In this document: piece after piece, positions 63,071 through 64,000 of the stretch
Layout of the letters: every line of letters begins with the position of its first letter
How positions within the stretch are numbered: the first letter of the stretch is position 1
Assembly: GCA_049724395.1 (NCBI GenBank)
Contig: JAUGWO010000104.1
Location: 62,001 to 126,000, forward strand
Reading direction: 5' to 3'
Source of the DNA: Spongospora subterranea f. sp. subterranea
Taxonomy: Eukaryota
Length of the DNA stretch: 64,000 bases
Made by a program: the position numbers and the translations under genes
Notes under the pieces: model-generated
What the model saw: the letters and a program-made list of their open reading frames with translations, nothing else
Database searches by the model: none
What the model was told of the DNA's origin: nothing

Positions 63071-64000
63071 ACATTGCTAATGTGTTTATTAGGTTCCGCC
63101 TCTGCATATTGTGATGCAACTACAGTACCCGATGTCTGATTTGCATGAGCTCAAAAATTGTTTGTCTTTGCATTTGTTGAAGTAAATGGACTGGTGTAGT
63201 TTGAAGCGGCAAATCAAGAGTAGTCGGAACACAAACTGGTTGCCAAATCACGTCGAACCCGAAGTCAATCGTAATCGAAAGGTCCACCAAAAAACGTGTT
63301 GGTCGAATCGAAAGATCGCTGACGAAAGTAATATAAAAGCAGAGGAAGGACGTGCAAATATTGGCAAAGAAAGTTGGGAATGGAAGTTGATGAAGGGTTT
63401 TGGGATTATCCTGTGCCCAAACTGGTAAGTAAAGGCCAGTATAGGCACTGGATAATTCCATAACCCTACTCCAACTTCCTAACAAATGTGACGACCGAGC
63501 TTGAGGCGAATCAATCGACATAGTTTGCTGAAAGCCATAACTGAATCAAAACAACCCTTTGCAGCGTCTGAAAATCATTGTGAAAAAGCCGCTACATCAG
63601 ACCGGAGAGCTGAATCCGAAACGAACAGGGATCGACGCTCAAGTCCTCGTAAACATTGAGTTATTAAGGTCAAACGGCCGTTTGAGTGTTGTGCTTGAGG
63701 GCCAGATAATATGCCCGAAACAAGGGGAATAATTCTCCCTGATCCGGCCAAATATCATTGGATAATATACGGGACACAACTTGACTGGAATGGCTCGTGA
63801 GACTTGGTTGTATTCGTTCGTAGCGCCTTCACAAGCAAACTGACAGTTTGTCGGCAGTACTTGAACGTGTTTGGTGAGTAATTATGATGACGACTCCAAT
63901 TCAACCTCAATCCTTATTCAGAGCTGGAAATTTCAATTCAAGATTAACCCTTAGCCTGACCATGGAAATAATGGAGCATTTTCATTTAATTACTCAACTA

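Overview
This is compact, intron-rich eukaryotic DNA with short GT-AG introns; it looks like a protist (plasmodiophorid-like is only my impression, not testable here). Two blocks of housekeeping genes flank an accessory island at about 17.3-39 kb. The left block holds an M50 protease, a CDF zinc transporter, TRAPPC8, Vps68/TMEM50, a 4E-T-like gene, BCP/PrxQ and a ZNF830-like gene. The right block holds PTPA, guanylate kinase, a C2H2 zinc-finger gene, GOSR1, NBAS and an aldo-keto reductase. The best candidate for an undescribed system is a bacterial restriction-modification-type DNA amino-methyltransferase (YFTP / DASCGTG / NPPY plus a long TRD-like C-terminus). It reconstructs as an intact 665-aa protein from 10 exons and 9 GT-AG introns and appears to lack a nuclease domain. 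The island also holds four intronless N-anchored coiled-coil paralogs, two of which share an upstream motif, and a long pre-miRNA-like hairpin. It contains a readable nested insertion: a 42-bp satellite, then a copia element with a 5-bp TSD, then a TA-flanked MITE, plus a deletion/inversion at the copia 3' end. Three satellites (64, 68 and 42 bp) are present; none is a CRISPR. Several 1-4 nt insertions break otherwise intact genes and may be assembly errors. All gene models were built by hand.
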